From positions 672,001 through 736,000 of the forward strand of contig OZ242029.1 of the NCBI GenBank assembly GCA_965205015.1: a stretch of 64,000 nt of DNA, given 5' to 3'. Below the pieces are notes generated by a model. It ran no database searches. It was not told the origin of the DNA and was given only the letters and a program-made list of their open reading frames with translations. The position numbers were made by a program, and so were the translations under genes. The DNA is from Candidatus Poribacteria bacterium (GTDB lineage Bacteria > Poribacteria > WGA-4E > WGA-3G). Position 1 is the stretch's first letter, and every line of letters begins with the position of its first letter. Positions 55,459 through 64,000 of this stretch are shown in pieces.

Positions 55459-58400
55459 TTAAAAAGCTTGTCCCAGTCCGAGATGGTATTTCATACCGGG
55501 TTCCACACTCGTCAGATCCGTATGCCACGCTGCGGCGAAATCCACTGAAAACACACCGAGTTGCAAACGCAGCCCCGCCCCGATTGAGGCTTTGACATCC
55601 TCAAGGCGAATACGGTTCTTATCGCGAACAAATATCCTGAAAGGATTCTCCGGTCCATATTGCCAATCCGACCACGCCCCTCCCAAATCTGCGAAGGCGA
55701 TTCCACGTATCCCACCGATCGTCCACTGGACGGGCCACCCGAAATGCAGCACATCTATGAAGGGAATACGGACCTCGAAGTTGAGAAGTCCGATGCGTGT
55801 TCCGACCAATTCCTCATAATTATAGCCGCGTAGCGTATCAATCCCACCGAGATAAAAATAGGATCTATCCCCCCCGAAACTACCACCGATCAATAACCGC
55901 GCTGCAAAAGTAGAGCGTCTGCCGAAACCGAAATAGCGTCGGGCATCAAAAATAACATTTGTTAGCGACAATTCACTACCGAGTGCGGGGAAGGATTGCT
56001 CAAGTTCAATGCGGTACCGTGAACCTGTATAAGGTGCCCACTCCCGCCACATCGTTGTATCTCCAACAAACGCAACAGATCCCATCGTGAGCAAGCCTCT
56101 ATCGTCGTATGGATCCAAAGGCTGGCGGGTTTGGAAGTTGAAGGAGAATGGCTTCGAGTACATTGAGAACGCGAAATCAAGTCGATGGTATCTGTCAAAC
56201 GGATAATTCACATACGCGCCAAGCCCGGTAATCCGTTGTAGAATGCCGCGTCTTCTCTGGATACCCCCCAAGATATGGTACTCATGATAGTTGTAAATCA
56301 TTGCACCAACATCCGTTCGGTGGGTCAAAAAACCGTATTGTGCGATAAAATCCGGGGTCAGGTAACTGGATTGGTTCATCACGCTCACCCCGATACGATG
56401 GTTCCCTAACATATCGCTGCCGACAATTTGCACCGAACTTCTCAGGAGACCATCTGCCCCGAAACTGAAATCCGGAAAGATCGCATCTAATACAAAAGAG
56501 GATCTTGTGCTATATTTTCGCCTGGCAATTCTATAATTTTCTGGTTCTTCCTCCGTTAAAATTACAGAGGGTTCTGCCACGTTTGGCGCCTCAATTTTTT
56601 CCGCAATCGCTTTGGCAACCTCCATGATACAGACATCGTATTTCCCATTCTGGTAGGCACTAAACAGCAGATGTTTACCATCGGGAGCCAAGCTTGGATT
56701 GAAACAACCCGTCATCATATTGGTAAGGCGCGTCAATTCAATTTCTAAGGGGTTATCAGTTATCAGTTGTCGGTTGTCAGAGGGATTGTCATCAGTTCTT
56801 GGTTGGAAAGTTGGAAGGGTGGAAGAGTCGGTACCCATCCTTCCCTTCTCCCCTTCTTCCATCCGTCCATCCTCTCCTAACTGACGACTGTTAACTGACG
56901 ACTGACGACTCATTTCAAGCTTGTGTATATCGTAAATGCCCTGCCGATCTGAACAGAAAAGGATTGATTTTCCATCGGGTGTCCAACTTGGACTGATAGC
57001 GTTATAGGTGCCATCGGTCAGCACGCGTTCGGTCTCTTGGGTGCGATTTATCAGGACCAATCTATTCTTCGCGCCTCGCTCAGAGGTGTAGATGATCTCA
57101 CCCGTCACCGGATGCCACGACGGATGCGTATCGTTAAATGGGTCGAAGGTAAGCCTGTCCACTTCACCCGTCAGCAACTCGATGACATAGAGATCCGTCT
57201 GCCCTTCTTTGAGTGCAGTGAAGACGATCCGTTCACCGCTGCCATCGTAGTCGGGTGAAGTGACGTTATCAAAATCCAACTCTAAGTATTGCGTCAGTTC
57301 TTCCGTCAAAATATTGACTTCAAGGAGATAATTTGCATCGTGATGCTTAGCGATGAATGCGATCCTATCGCCGTCAGGTGCCCACGCCAGGCTTCTACCA
57401 AACCCACCGAAATCGGTTCGAATCTCCTCGTATTTCTCACGGAAGAACCGCTTGGTGACGCGTTCGATGCGTTCACCGGTTTTTGCGGACATGAGCACAA
57501 TTTCCAGAAACCCTTCATTTCCTGTGACGTAAGCGATAATATCGCCGCTTGGGGACCAGACGGGTTTAATGTTATGGGAGTACCGAGATTTCTCGGTAAG
57601 GTTCTTTGCGACCAGATCCGGCAATTCCCTGTCCTCAATAAGGGGCCAATAGCGTTTTCGGACAGTCTGTCGCCACGCCTTATCAAATTCTTCGAGTTCT
57701 ACGCCGAGTACCTCTTGGAAAACACGGTCGATGTCCTTTGTGCGGCTCTGTCGTAACCCCTGCAAAATCTCAGCAATCTTCTCTCGTCCATAAGTTTCCG
57801 TGAGATACGCCACCGCCAATTGTCCTAACTTATATCCAATGAAAGGCGAACTGAGTCGGTTGAAATTGTGAAGTTGCGGTAACGGCACGATATTGTTATT
57901 CATGCTGGCATCTCGGACGACCATCTCCCCAATCGCATCATTGTCTTCTGCAAAATAGTCCGCCATTCCCTCTATAAACCAAATTGGCGGGGAATACAGG
58001 AACTCGCCGCTATAGATGCGGGCATGCGGTTTCTGATAGATGATATCGTATTGGAAAATATGAATGAGCTCGTGAAAAATTACCTCTCGAAACGCTTCCA
58101 AGGATCCGGTGAAGGGTATAACGATCCGGTGCTTAAATAGCTCAGCGAAACCTCCAATCCCTTCGTGAAGTTCCTGGAGAATTATGTTGGTTTCCTGAAA
58201 GTCTCTATGGGATTTGTAAAGGATGAGGGGTGTCCTATCTCGCAGCTCATGTTCAAAATCTTCGCTGTGCTGTTCGTAAGCTTCTTCGGCGATAGCCGCC
58301 ATAATCGGCACGAGTTTCGCTTCACTTGGATAGTAATGGATGTCAAAATGCTCCGTCCGGTGAATGTGCCAATCGAAGCGTTGTCCAGTAATCTTGTTTT

Positions 58401-58614
58401 TCCCAAAACTCTGCGCCCATGCCACACAAGGTGATAACAAACTTAGGACAACAAGCATCAACAGGACAAACCTACTTACCCATTGTCCTATTCTACCATG
58501 GATGAAGATGGGAAGATGGGAAGATGGGAAGATGGGAGTCCGCATCCATCCATCCATCCTGCCTTCCAATTCCATCAATAAGGTTCTGTTTTTACCTTGC
58601 TTCACACCATTCAC
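55459..58614 (-). CDS. Peptidase-MA-like + PD40/TolB propeller + Omp85 (BamA/TamA) barrel protein; true start probably later
   Basis: FGKNK, HELIH..Q, WFIEG.A.Y, WSP.G repeats, LRGY, terminal LGQAF. Confidence 0.88.
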   Translation of the reverse strand: MNGVKQGKNRTLLMELEGRMDGWMRTPIFPSSHLPIFIHGRIGQWVSRFVLLMLVVLSLLSPCVAWAQSFGKNKITGQRFDWHIHRTEHFDIHYYPSEAKLVPIMAAIAEEAYEQHSEDFEHELRDRTPLILYKSHRDFQETNIILQELHEGIGGFAELFKHRIVIPFTGSLEAFREVIFHELIHIFQYDIIYQKPHARIYSGEFLYSPPIWFIEGMADYFAEDNDAIGEMVVRDASMNNNIVPLPQLHNFNRLSSPFIGYKLGQLAVAYLTETYGREKIAEILQGLRQSRTKDIDRVFQEVLGVELEEFDKAWRQTVRKRYWPLIEDRELPDLVAKNLTEKSRYSHNIKPVWSPSGDIIAYVTGNEGFLEIVLMSAKTGERIERVTKRFFREKYEEIRTDFGGFGRSLAWAPDGDRIAFIAKHHDANYLLEVNILTEELTQYLELDFDNVTSPDYDGSGERIVFTALKEGQTDLYVIELLTGEVDRLTFDPFNDTHPSWHPVTGEIIYTSERGAKNRLVLINRTQETERVLTDGTYNAISPSWTPDGKSILFCSDRQGIYDIHKLEMSRQSSVNSRQLGEDGRMEEGEKGRMGTDSSTLPTFQPRTDDNPSDNRQLITDNPLEIELTRLTNMMTGCFNPSLAPDGKHLLFSAYQNGKYDVCIMEVAKAIAEKIEAPNVAEPSVILTEEEPENYRIARRKYSTRSSFVLDAIFPDFSFGADGLLRSSVQIVGSDMLGNHRIGVSVMNQSSYLTPDFIAQYGFLTHRTDVGAMIYNYHEYHILGGIQRRRGILQRITGLGAYVNYPFDRYHRLDFAFSMYSKPFSFNFQTRQPLDPYDDRGLLTMGSVAFVGDTTMWREWAPYTGSRYRIELEQSFPALGSELSLTNVIFDARRYFGFGRRSTFAARLLIGGSFGGDRSYFYLGGIDTLRGYNYEELVGTRIGLLNFEVRIPFIDVLHFGWPVQWTIGGIRGIAFADLGGAWSDWQYGPENPFRIFVRDKNRIRLEDVKASIGAGLRLQLGVFSVDFAAAWHTDLTSVEPGMKYHLGLGQAF

Positions 58615-58638
58615 CTTTTACGGGTTATCAACTGACGA

Positions 58639-59355
58639 CTAATTGACTAAATATCTATCTTCGCTCTCATAATGTGGAGAGATTTGGCGTGTAAATTCTG
58701 ATACGGCGCGTCTACCGAGTTCTCGAATCGTATTTGCTTGCGGTCCAACCTGTGAGAAAATGAACGATCCGATGGTATGCGCCTCAGCAGTGCTCCGCCG
58801 GTAAGACTCATCCCAAACCACCTGTTCGGTTTCAACATCGATAATCATGACACGGAGCGAGAGGAGATAGGTTTTCTGCATGTAATCCTGATAATCCAAG
58901 ACGTAGCGTTGTCGGCGCACGGAGTAGCGTTCTCCATAATAACGTCTTGGACGACTATCGGAATAAAATCGGAAACTCCCGATGATAACCGCCTTCACTT
59001 CAAAGTACTCACCGAGCTGACGCAAGTGCTTCGTATCCGTAAGCCACTCTTCTCCAACGGTTTCCCCCGTGAGCATTCTCGCTGTTTCTTGTGTGCTGAC
59101 GACCTCGAAATGTTTTTGGCGTGCTAAACCCCTCCGAAGTATTGAAGCGATCTCCTCGCCGACCTCTGGGGGTAACTTTTCGTTCCGCTCCGCCTGCTTT
59201 TCGCTGACAAAGGGTAACACGGCAAAGTTGGAGTAGCGGGTAATGTCGATTTCAGATTGAACCTTCACTGGAATAGAGACGCGCGTTACAGCACTGCTAC
59301 ATCCGCAAAGCGTCAATATGCCCAATAGGATCCCTATCCCTTTCGCTATCTGCAT
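58639..59355 (-). CDS. Putative lipoprotein (CsgG/TolB-N-like fold)
   Basis: Lipobox LCGC; FAVLPF ... +IDVET..VVW. Confidence 0.6.
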   Translation of the reverse strand: MQIAKGIGILLGILTLCGCSSAVTRVSIPVKVQSEIDITRYSNFAVLPFVSEKQAERNEKLPPEVGEEIASILRRGLARQKHFEVVSTQETARMLTGETVGEEWLTDTKHLRQLGEYFEVKAVIIGSFRFYSDSRPRRYYGERYSVRRQRYVLDYQDYMQKTYLLSLRVMIIDVETEQVVWDESYRRSTAEAHTIGSFIFSQVGPQANTIRELGRRAVSEFTRQISPHYESEDRYLVN

Positions 59356-59776
59356 CGTGTGTATCCTCGTCTCGTCGGTGGGGCGGTTCGTCTAACTGCG
59401 GTGCATCTTCATCGCTCCCTCCACTTCGCCGGAGGTGTATCCGGCACCGCCGATAGTTGAGTCTGTAGTATTTATTATTCGGTTCTAATTCCGCAGCGCG
59501 TTCGTAAGCGGCGATAGCCTCTTTCATGTTTCCGAGTGCCTCGTAAGCAACACCGAGGTTATTATGTGCTTTAGAATCCTCCGGATCAATACTGATCACC
59601 TGCTTCCACCGGAAAACGGCTTCATTCCAGAGTTGCGCTTGCGCCGCCTTGATTGCGAATCGATTGTAAGCTTCCGTCCGCGTAACATCCCGCGATATTA
59701 TAGCACATCCGGACAGAACCCAGCAGAAGAGAATAGCAATAGAGGCGAGTTGGCTGTATTTTAACACATTTATCAC
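59297..59776 (-). CDS. TPR lipoprotein
   Basis: Lipobox LSGC; AHNNLGVAYE..G...EA...YE.A..L.P. Confidence 0.82.
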   Translation of the reverse strand: MINVLKYSQLASIAILFCWVLSGCAIISRDVTRTEAYNRFAIKAAQAQLWNEAVFRWKQVISIDPEDSKAHNNLGVAYEALGNMKEAIAAYERAAELEPNNKYYRLNYRRCRIHLRRSGGSDEDAPQLDEPPHRRDEDTHDADSERDRDPIGHIDALRM

Positions 59777-59978
59777 CCCAAAATTTTGTGATATCGGTCT
59801 GCAAACTACCTGATATATTTTACATCGTATCTACCTTTTGCGTCAAGGGAAAAACTAAATGCCGCTGACTTTTCCTACTTTTCTCTTGAATAATATGTTA
59901 AAATATTTTACCCTATTAACCAAAATGCGATATATACGTTCCTTTCATGTAGCAAAATTGAAGTTACGGAGATTTACA

Positions 59979-60512
59979 ATGCTAAATGGGTGGGCTATCC
60001 CATTAGGGGTCCTGTGTGTTCTCTTTGTCGCTGCTGCCTTCGGGCAAGAACCTTCAGATTCACACATTATAACGGTTACGAAAGAGATAGATGTGGCGAA
60101 ACTGAACGAAAACGTGGAAGATTTGACGAAAACAGTGAAAGACTTGACGAAAACGGTCGAGAAACTGGACACAACTGTGGAGACCCTGAACACAGCTGTA
60201 GGAGAATTAAAAACAACGGTTGCGAGAATTGACGAAAGAACAAAAGGGATCTCCACCTGGCAATATGTGATTCTGGCGGGGATTTTTGGGCCGCTATTGC
60301 TGTCTGTTTACGATAGAATAAGACAAAACAGTGAGAGCAAGACTACCTCTACGCAAGTCGATCAAAGTGCAACAACTCCTGTCCAGACTTCACAGGATAA
60401 TGAGAGTGAACCTGCTTCTATCCCAACCTTGTCATCAAGGTTACCTGATGGGAAAGAAGAGTTAAAAGACTTGCTAAAATCCGATTCCTATGCCACAAAA
60501 GCGAAAGTCTAA
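59979..60512 (+). CDS. Hypothetical membrane protein with heptad coiled coil
   Basis: Signal-like N-terminus, (V..L.KT)n heptads, second hydrophobic helix; start placed at MLNGW. Confidence 0.6.
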   Translation: MLNGWAIPLGVLCVLFVAAAFGQEPSDSHIITVTKEIDVAKLNENVEDLTKTVKDLTKTVEKLDTTVETLNTAVGELKTTVARIDERTKGISTWQYVILAGIFGPLLLSVYDRIRQNSESKTTSTQVDQSATTPVQTSQDNESEPASIPTLSSRLPDGKEELKDLLKSDSYATKAKV

Positions 60513-61213
60513 TGGAAAACATTAACAACGCAAATAACAATGTCGAATCTGCCGAAAGTCACTTTGATAAAGGTAATGCTTTGTATAATCAAGGAGATTA
60601 TGAATCCGCTATTTTGGCGTATGATAAAGCAATTAACCTAAATCCTAACCTTGCTATCGCCTATTTTAACCGAGGTAGTGCGAAGGGCGAGATTGGAAAA
60701 TACTTTGAAGCTATCTCTGATTATACTGAGGCTATCCGGCTAAATCCTGATGATGCGCGTGCCTACTACAATCGGGGTATTGCGAAAACTAAATTAGGAC
60801 ATCCAGAAGCCGCTATCCCTGATTTTGACGAGACCATCCGGCTCGACCCAAACGATGCACACGCCCACAACAATCGAGGTAATGCGAAGGACGAGATTGG
60901 ACAACATTTTGAGGCTCTTTCAGATTACGATACGGCTATTCGTCTGAATCCTAATGGTGCGGATGCCTATAACAATCGGGGCATTATGAAAACTAAATTA
61001 GGACATCCAGAAGCCGCTATTCCTGACTTTGAGGAGGCTATCCGGCTAAACCCAAATGATGCAAAGCCCTATGCCAACCGCGGCAATGTCAAAGGAGAAT
61101 TAGGTTTTGCTGATGATGCCAAGCAAGATTATCAGACAGCATTGGATTTGGCGGAGGAAGCAGGAGATGAAGAAGTTAAGTCCTACATTATGAAAAGATT
61201 AGAATCGCTATAA
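60512..61213 (+). CDS. TPR-repeat protein
   Basis: AY.NRG...AI.D+..AIRLNP units; TAATG coupling to upstream gene. Confidence 0.9.
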   Translation: MENINNANNNVESAESHFDKGNALYNQGDYESAILAYDKAINLNPNLAIAYFNRGSAKGEIGKYFEAISDYTEAIRLNPDDARAYYNRGIAKTKLGHPEAAIPDFDETIRLDPNDAHAHNNRGNAKDEIGQHFEALSDYDTAIRLNPNGADAYNNRGIMKTKLGHPEAAIPDFEEAIRLNPNDAKPYANRGNVKGELGFADDAKQDYQTALDLAEEAGDEEVKSYIMKRLESL

Positions 61214-61235
61214 TACATAAGAAGGAGTAGATTGA

Positions 61236-62336
61236 ATGTCTAATATGACTCCACTCCGCACGGTGATTGTTGGGTGCGGTATGATATCCGCAGGCGGTTA
61301 TCAACCCCGTTGCCAAGCCTACCCGCATCGTATTGAATTGGTCGGCTATTACGACCAAGACGAGAGCCGTGCCTCAGCATTGGCAGAGCGAAACGGGGGA
61401 CACGTTTATAAATCCCTCGATGAAGTGCTGAACGATTCGAATGTAGAGGCGATTGTAAATTTGACGCTTCATATTTCTCATTATCCGGTCTCATTGGCAG
61501 CACTGAAAGCGGGAAAACATGTCTACTCCGAGAAACCGATTTCCATTCGAACCGATGAGGCGAATGAACTCGTGGAAACCGCGGAAGCGATGGATTTAAA
61601 ACTCGCATGTGCGCCATCGGCGATTCTCGGCTACGTTCAGCAGAACGTCTGGCAACGGATTCGCGAGGGTGAAATCGGCGATGTAATCTCCGCGATCGGC
61701 AATTTCGGGGGTCCTTTGGAACACTGGCATCCGAGTGCTGACGCGTTTCTTATGCATGCCGGTCCGTTCCGGGATGTTGCTCCGTATCCATTAACTACGA
61801 TGACAACGATGATCGCGCCGGTCAAAACCGTGCACGGCTTCGCCCGGGTTGCTGTTCCAAAACGGACCTTACACCAAGGACCGCGCCAAGGCACTGAATT
61901 TGAGGTGAATGAGAAGGATCACGGATTTGCCGTACTTGAGTTCGAGAACGGTGCCCACGGGTTTATCTACCACAGTTTTACGGTTGCTTCTGGGATTCCG
62001 CCCTATGAAATCCACGGCACGGCAGGCGGATTCTCGCTTCAAGCACATGACGATGGACGCGGTATCCAAAAGTTTACGCCCGGAGATGGATGGCAAGATG
62101 AACCCTCGCCACCAAAAGCGTTTACTGGGTTAGATTGGGGCAAAGGGGTTGCGGATTTCGCGGACGCAATCAGAGCTGATCGGAACCCGCGTTGTAACGG
62201 CGCGCAAGCGCGGCACGCGTTAGAGGTGTGTGAACGCATCATCGAATCCTCGGACGCCGGTAGACCTGTCGATGTCGTGAGCCGTTTCCCTGCACCACTG
62301 CCTGTTGGTGATGTAGCACCGTGGGAAGACGCGTAG
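61236..62336 (+). CDS. Gfo/Idh/MocA family oxidoreductase
   Basis: IVGCGMIS, GKHVYSEKP. Confidence 0.9.
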   Translation: MSNMTPLRTVIVGCGMISAGGYQPRCQAYPHRIELVGYYDQDESRASALAERNGGHVYKSLDEVLNDSNVEAIVNLTLHISHYPVSLAALKAGKHVYSEKPISIRTDEANELVETAEAMDLKLACAPSAILGYVQQNVWQRIREGEIGDVISAIGNFGGPLEHWHPSADAFLMHAGPFRDVAPYPLTTMTTMIAPVKTVHGFARVAVPKRTLHQGPRQGTEFEVNEKDHGFAVLEFENGAHGFIYHSFTVASGIPPYEIHGTAGGFSLQAHDDGRGIQKFTPGDGWQDEPSPPKAFTGLDWGKGVADFADAIRADRNPRCNGAQARHALEVCERIIESSDAGRPVDVVSRFPAPLPVGDVAPWEDA

Positions 62337-62358
62337 AGGCGAGGTCACCTCGCCCTAC
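62333..62358. repeat. GTAG...CTAC REP-like palindrome between convergent genes
   Basis: GTAGAGGCGAGGTCACCTCGCCCTAC. Confidence 0.75.
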
Positions 62359-64000
62359 TTCCCAAGCGTTAGCATGTTGATGAAAAGGCGATACGCCCCC
62401 GCCACACCCGCTGGGAGTTGCCTATAAAAGGCGTAAGCGGCATAAGTGTAAGTCCCTTGTCCGTATTTTGCTGTGAGGAACCCGCCGTGTTGCGGCTCCT
62501 GTTCGCGGTCGTTGCATGTGAGGAGTGCCTGATAGTTCGCGTCCCATTCGGTGAGGAATTTAGAACCGCGCTCCTCGACCCATCCATCGAAATCAGCCGC
62601 TGTAATTGGATTGGGATGCTGGAAGATCGGATGGTCGGACATTAAAATGGTTACCTGTGCGTCCTCCTCAGAGACCTCCTCCGGTCGTCTGCCCATCGTA
62701 TAAGGATACGGACCAAAAGGCGCGGCATCAAATTCTGGGGTCTGATATTGAACGATGAGGTTGCCTCCTTTATGCACGTAATCGAGGAGTCTGCTGTTAT
62801 AGGCAATTAGATCCTGCCGAACGGCATACGCCCGGATACCAATCAAAATGGTATCAAACCGATCCAAATCGCCAGTGCGGAGTTCCTCTCTGTCCAGCAT
62901 CTCCACGTCGATACCGATCTGTTGTAGTGCTTCGGGCACCCTGTCGCCGACACCCATGATATACCCGACACTCACATGCGCTGGGACTTTGAGTGGGATG
63001 CTGCGAAGCGTCATGACGGCAGGATGATACAGGTGTCGCGGTTCAAGGTCGGGATGGTCAATCGCCTGATAGCCGGCGGTATACGTTTCGCCATTATAGG
63101 TCGCGATTGCTTGGATGGTATATTCCTGATCAACTCCAACATCGCTGGCAGATACCTGAAAAGCAAACGTTTTGCTTGCCCCTTCGTGTGTGAAAGCGAA
63201 AGGCGCGTTCTCGGGGGATGACCGCCACCCGTCTGGCAATTTGAGCGACAGTGTCCCCTCTGCCTCACCCTTCACGTTATTCAGCATTTCTACTGTTGTC
63301 GTAAATGTTGCTTCCCCATCTGCTATAGCAGATTCAGAGATCGGAATCACACCGATACGCGGTGAAACAGATACACTGATAGCCGGGGCGACCGTTAGCA
63401 ACCGGCGTCTTTCGCCCCACGGTCTGTTAATTGAAACCGTTTGTGCGGGCTGCGTCAGCGTAAAGTCGACTCCATCCACACGATAGGTTACAACACCATT
63501 GACCTCAGGCGATGCGAAAGGGAGGAAACGAAATTCTGGACGCTTCAGTGTATAGACAGCATCCTGGTACTCAGACGCCCGAGTCCAATACGGCTGCGTG
63601 TAATCTGCATCCTGTGCGACCTCCACCTCAAACAGGGTAGAAATGGGGTCGTTCGTCTGAATAGGGACGATCCCTTCCCGATCCGAGTCTTTTTGAATAC
63701 GGTGCACACGCCAGCCTTCGGGGGTGTGGAGGGAGGCATTGACGAGTTCGGCGGCAACTGGCGCCGGATTCACCATCCGCATCCCAATTGAAAACTTTTG
63801 CCCGGGAATTGCGACAGCAAAGGTTTCAGATGAACGCGCCGCTGTGGATTGAACCAGCACCTCTAAAGACAAACCAAGGGCAGCGTTCGCCGCAGTCATC
63901 AATTCCTGCTCTTTATTCCGAAGCAGGAACAGAAGGTGCGATCGGGTACCGTCATCAAGGTCTACACGCTGGATGTTTTCGATTAAGCCGCGTGTCGTTT
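62355..64000 (-). CDS. C-terminal part of PIG-L/LmbE-type protein with NEW3 and glutamine-amidotransferase-like domains (partial)
   Basis: Frame open to window edge; VGYIMGVGD.VP..L, GIRAY, GGNL+VQY, F+RQLPAGV.GAYRLF.N. Confidence 0.75.
   Translation of the reverse strand, partial: TTRGLIENIQRVDLDDGTRSHLLFLLRNKEQELMTAANAALGLSLEVLVQSTAARSSETFAVAIPGQKFSIGMRMVNPAPVAAELVNASLHTPEGWRVHRIQKDSDREGIVPIQTNDPISTLFEVEVAQDADYTQPYWTRASEYQDAVYTLKRPEFRFLPFASPEVNGVVTYRVDGVDFTLTQPAQTVSINRPWGERRRLLTVAPAISVSVSPRIGVIPISESAIADGEATFTTTVEMLNNVKGEAEGTLSLKLPDGWRSSPENAPFAFTHEGASKTFAFQVSASDVGVDQEYTIQAIATYNGETYTAGYQAIDHPDLEPRHLYHPAVMTLRSIPLKVPAHVSVGYIMGVGDRVPEALQQIGIDVEMLDREELRTGDLDRFDTILIGIRAYAVRQDLIAYNSRLLDYVHKGGNLIVQYQTPEFDAAPFGPYPYTMGRRPEEVSEEDAQVTILMSDHPIFQHPNPITAADFDGWVEERGSKFLTEWDANYQALLTCNDREQEPQHGGFLTAKYGQGTYTYAAYAFYRQLPAGVAGAYRLFINMLTLGK

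Overview
Bacterial chromosomal window, about 50% GC by eye, mostly minus-strand genes. Four PhyH-family dioxygenases, many repeat proteins (LRR, Kelch, FG-GAP, TPR, BNR propellers) and secreted proteins ending in an 'NYPNP..' FlgD-Ig domain or a 'GKLxTxWGxLK' tail resemble Ca. Poribacteria-type sponge symbionts (inference). Housekeeping genes: thrB (partial), pcm, sppA, queF, queG, pheA. Most notable observations: (1) a 487-bp ORF-less IS200/IS605-type element (42998-43484) with terminal hairpins and an omegaRNA/HEARO-like structured RNA, inserted 5' of ATGA in a small gene whose frame is restored exactly by excision; (2) an uncalled 81-aa DUF5069-like gene (51709-51954, minus) with in-frame TGA at the usual Cys and a SECIS-like hairpin, a candidate selenoprotein; (3) a ~90-nt structured repeat ending 11-12 nt before start codons of unrelated genes; (4) palindromic repeats that coincide with stop codons and are translated in frame inside a BamA-like gene; (5) a HEPN-like protein with a VapB-type tail coupled to a PIN toxin. 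No rRNA, tRNA or CRISPR array seen. All family calls are by eye from motifs, not from searches.
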